The notes under the pieces were generated by a model. It saw only the letters and a list, made by a program, of their open reading frames with translations. It had not been told where the DNA came from and did not search any database. This document shows, one piece after another, positions 46,465 through 46,528 of a stretch of 46,528 bases of DNA. Position numbers and translations under genes: made by a program. The stretch's first letter is position 1, and the number at the start of each line of letters is the position of its first letter. Source of the DNA: Priapulus caudatus (taxonomy: Eukaryota); NCBI RefSeq assembly GCF_000485595.1, contig NW_014577091.1:445375-491902 (forward strand), written 5' to 3'.

Positions 46465-46528
46465 GTAGCACGCGCGCCGTGCGATCGCTGCGTCCCGAAC
46501 CGTTGCCATTGAACACCACCTCACGGCT

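Noticed and set aside
42343..46524. His/Thr-, Val/Cys- and Tyr/Ile/His-rich ORFs
   Set aside because: Translations of (CA)n, (GT)n, (GCGT)n and (TATG)n microsatellites in low-quality sequence.

Overview
Eukaryotic (invertebrate animal) genomic window: AT-rich, intron-containing, repeat-dense, with two assembly gaps (N at 2553-2646 and ~21133-21822). An ionotropic-receptor-like gene points to a protostome, and TTAGGG rather than TTAGG repeats suggest a non-arthropod; this taxon call is inference. I built five protein-coding genes by hand from splice signals and frame continuity. (1) An uncharacterised ~207-aa two-coding-exon gene (minus, 5760-6686). (2) GPATCH11 (minus, 7 exons, 10514-17799). 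(3) An intronless, GC-rich divergent ionotropic receptor (plus, 12431-13801) nested antisense in the last GPATCH11 intron. (4) TIMM50 (plus, 10 exons, 22711-29105), head-to-head with GPATCH11. (5) An SLC3-family heavy chain (rBAT/4F2hc-like; plus, 11 exons, 33131-41066) with a GC-AG intron and a degenerate GH13 catalytic site. Non-coding features: a 5'-truncated U6 copy next to a LINE-like tail; four copies of a Helentron/HINE-like element with shared ends and different middles; many MITEs (TTAA-, TAA-, TA-, 5-bp and 8-bp TSD types); TTAGGG-carrying TIR elements; two 27-bp minisatellites; and large microsatellite fields. Segments ~17900-22100 and ~42000-46528 look indel-rich, like low-accuracy gap fill, so fine structure there is unreliable. 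No clearly new molecular system is proven. The best leads are the nested antisense IR, a possible GPATCH11-to-downstream-gene polycistronic or trans-spliced link, the cargo-swapping HINE family and the U6/LINE-tail chimera.
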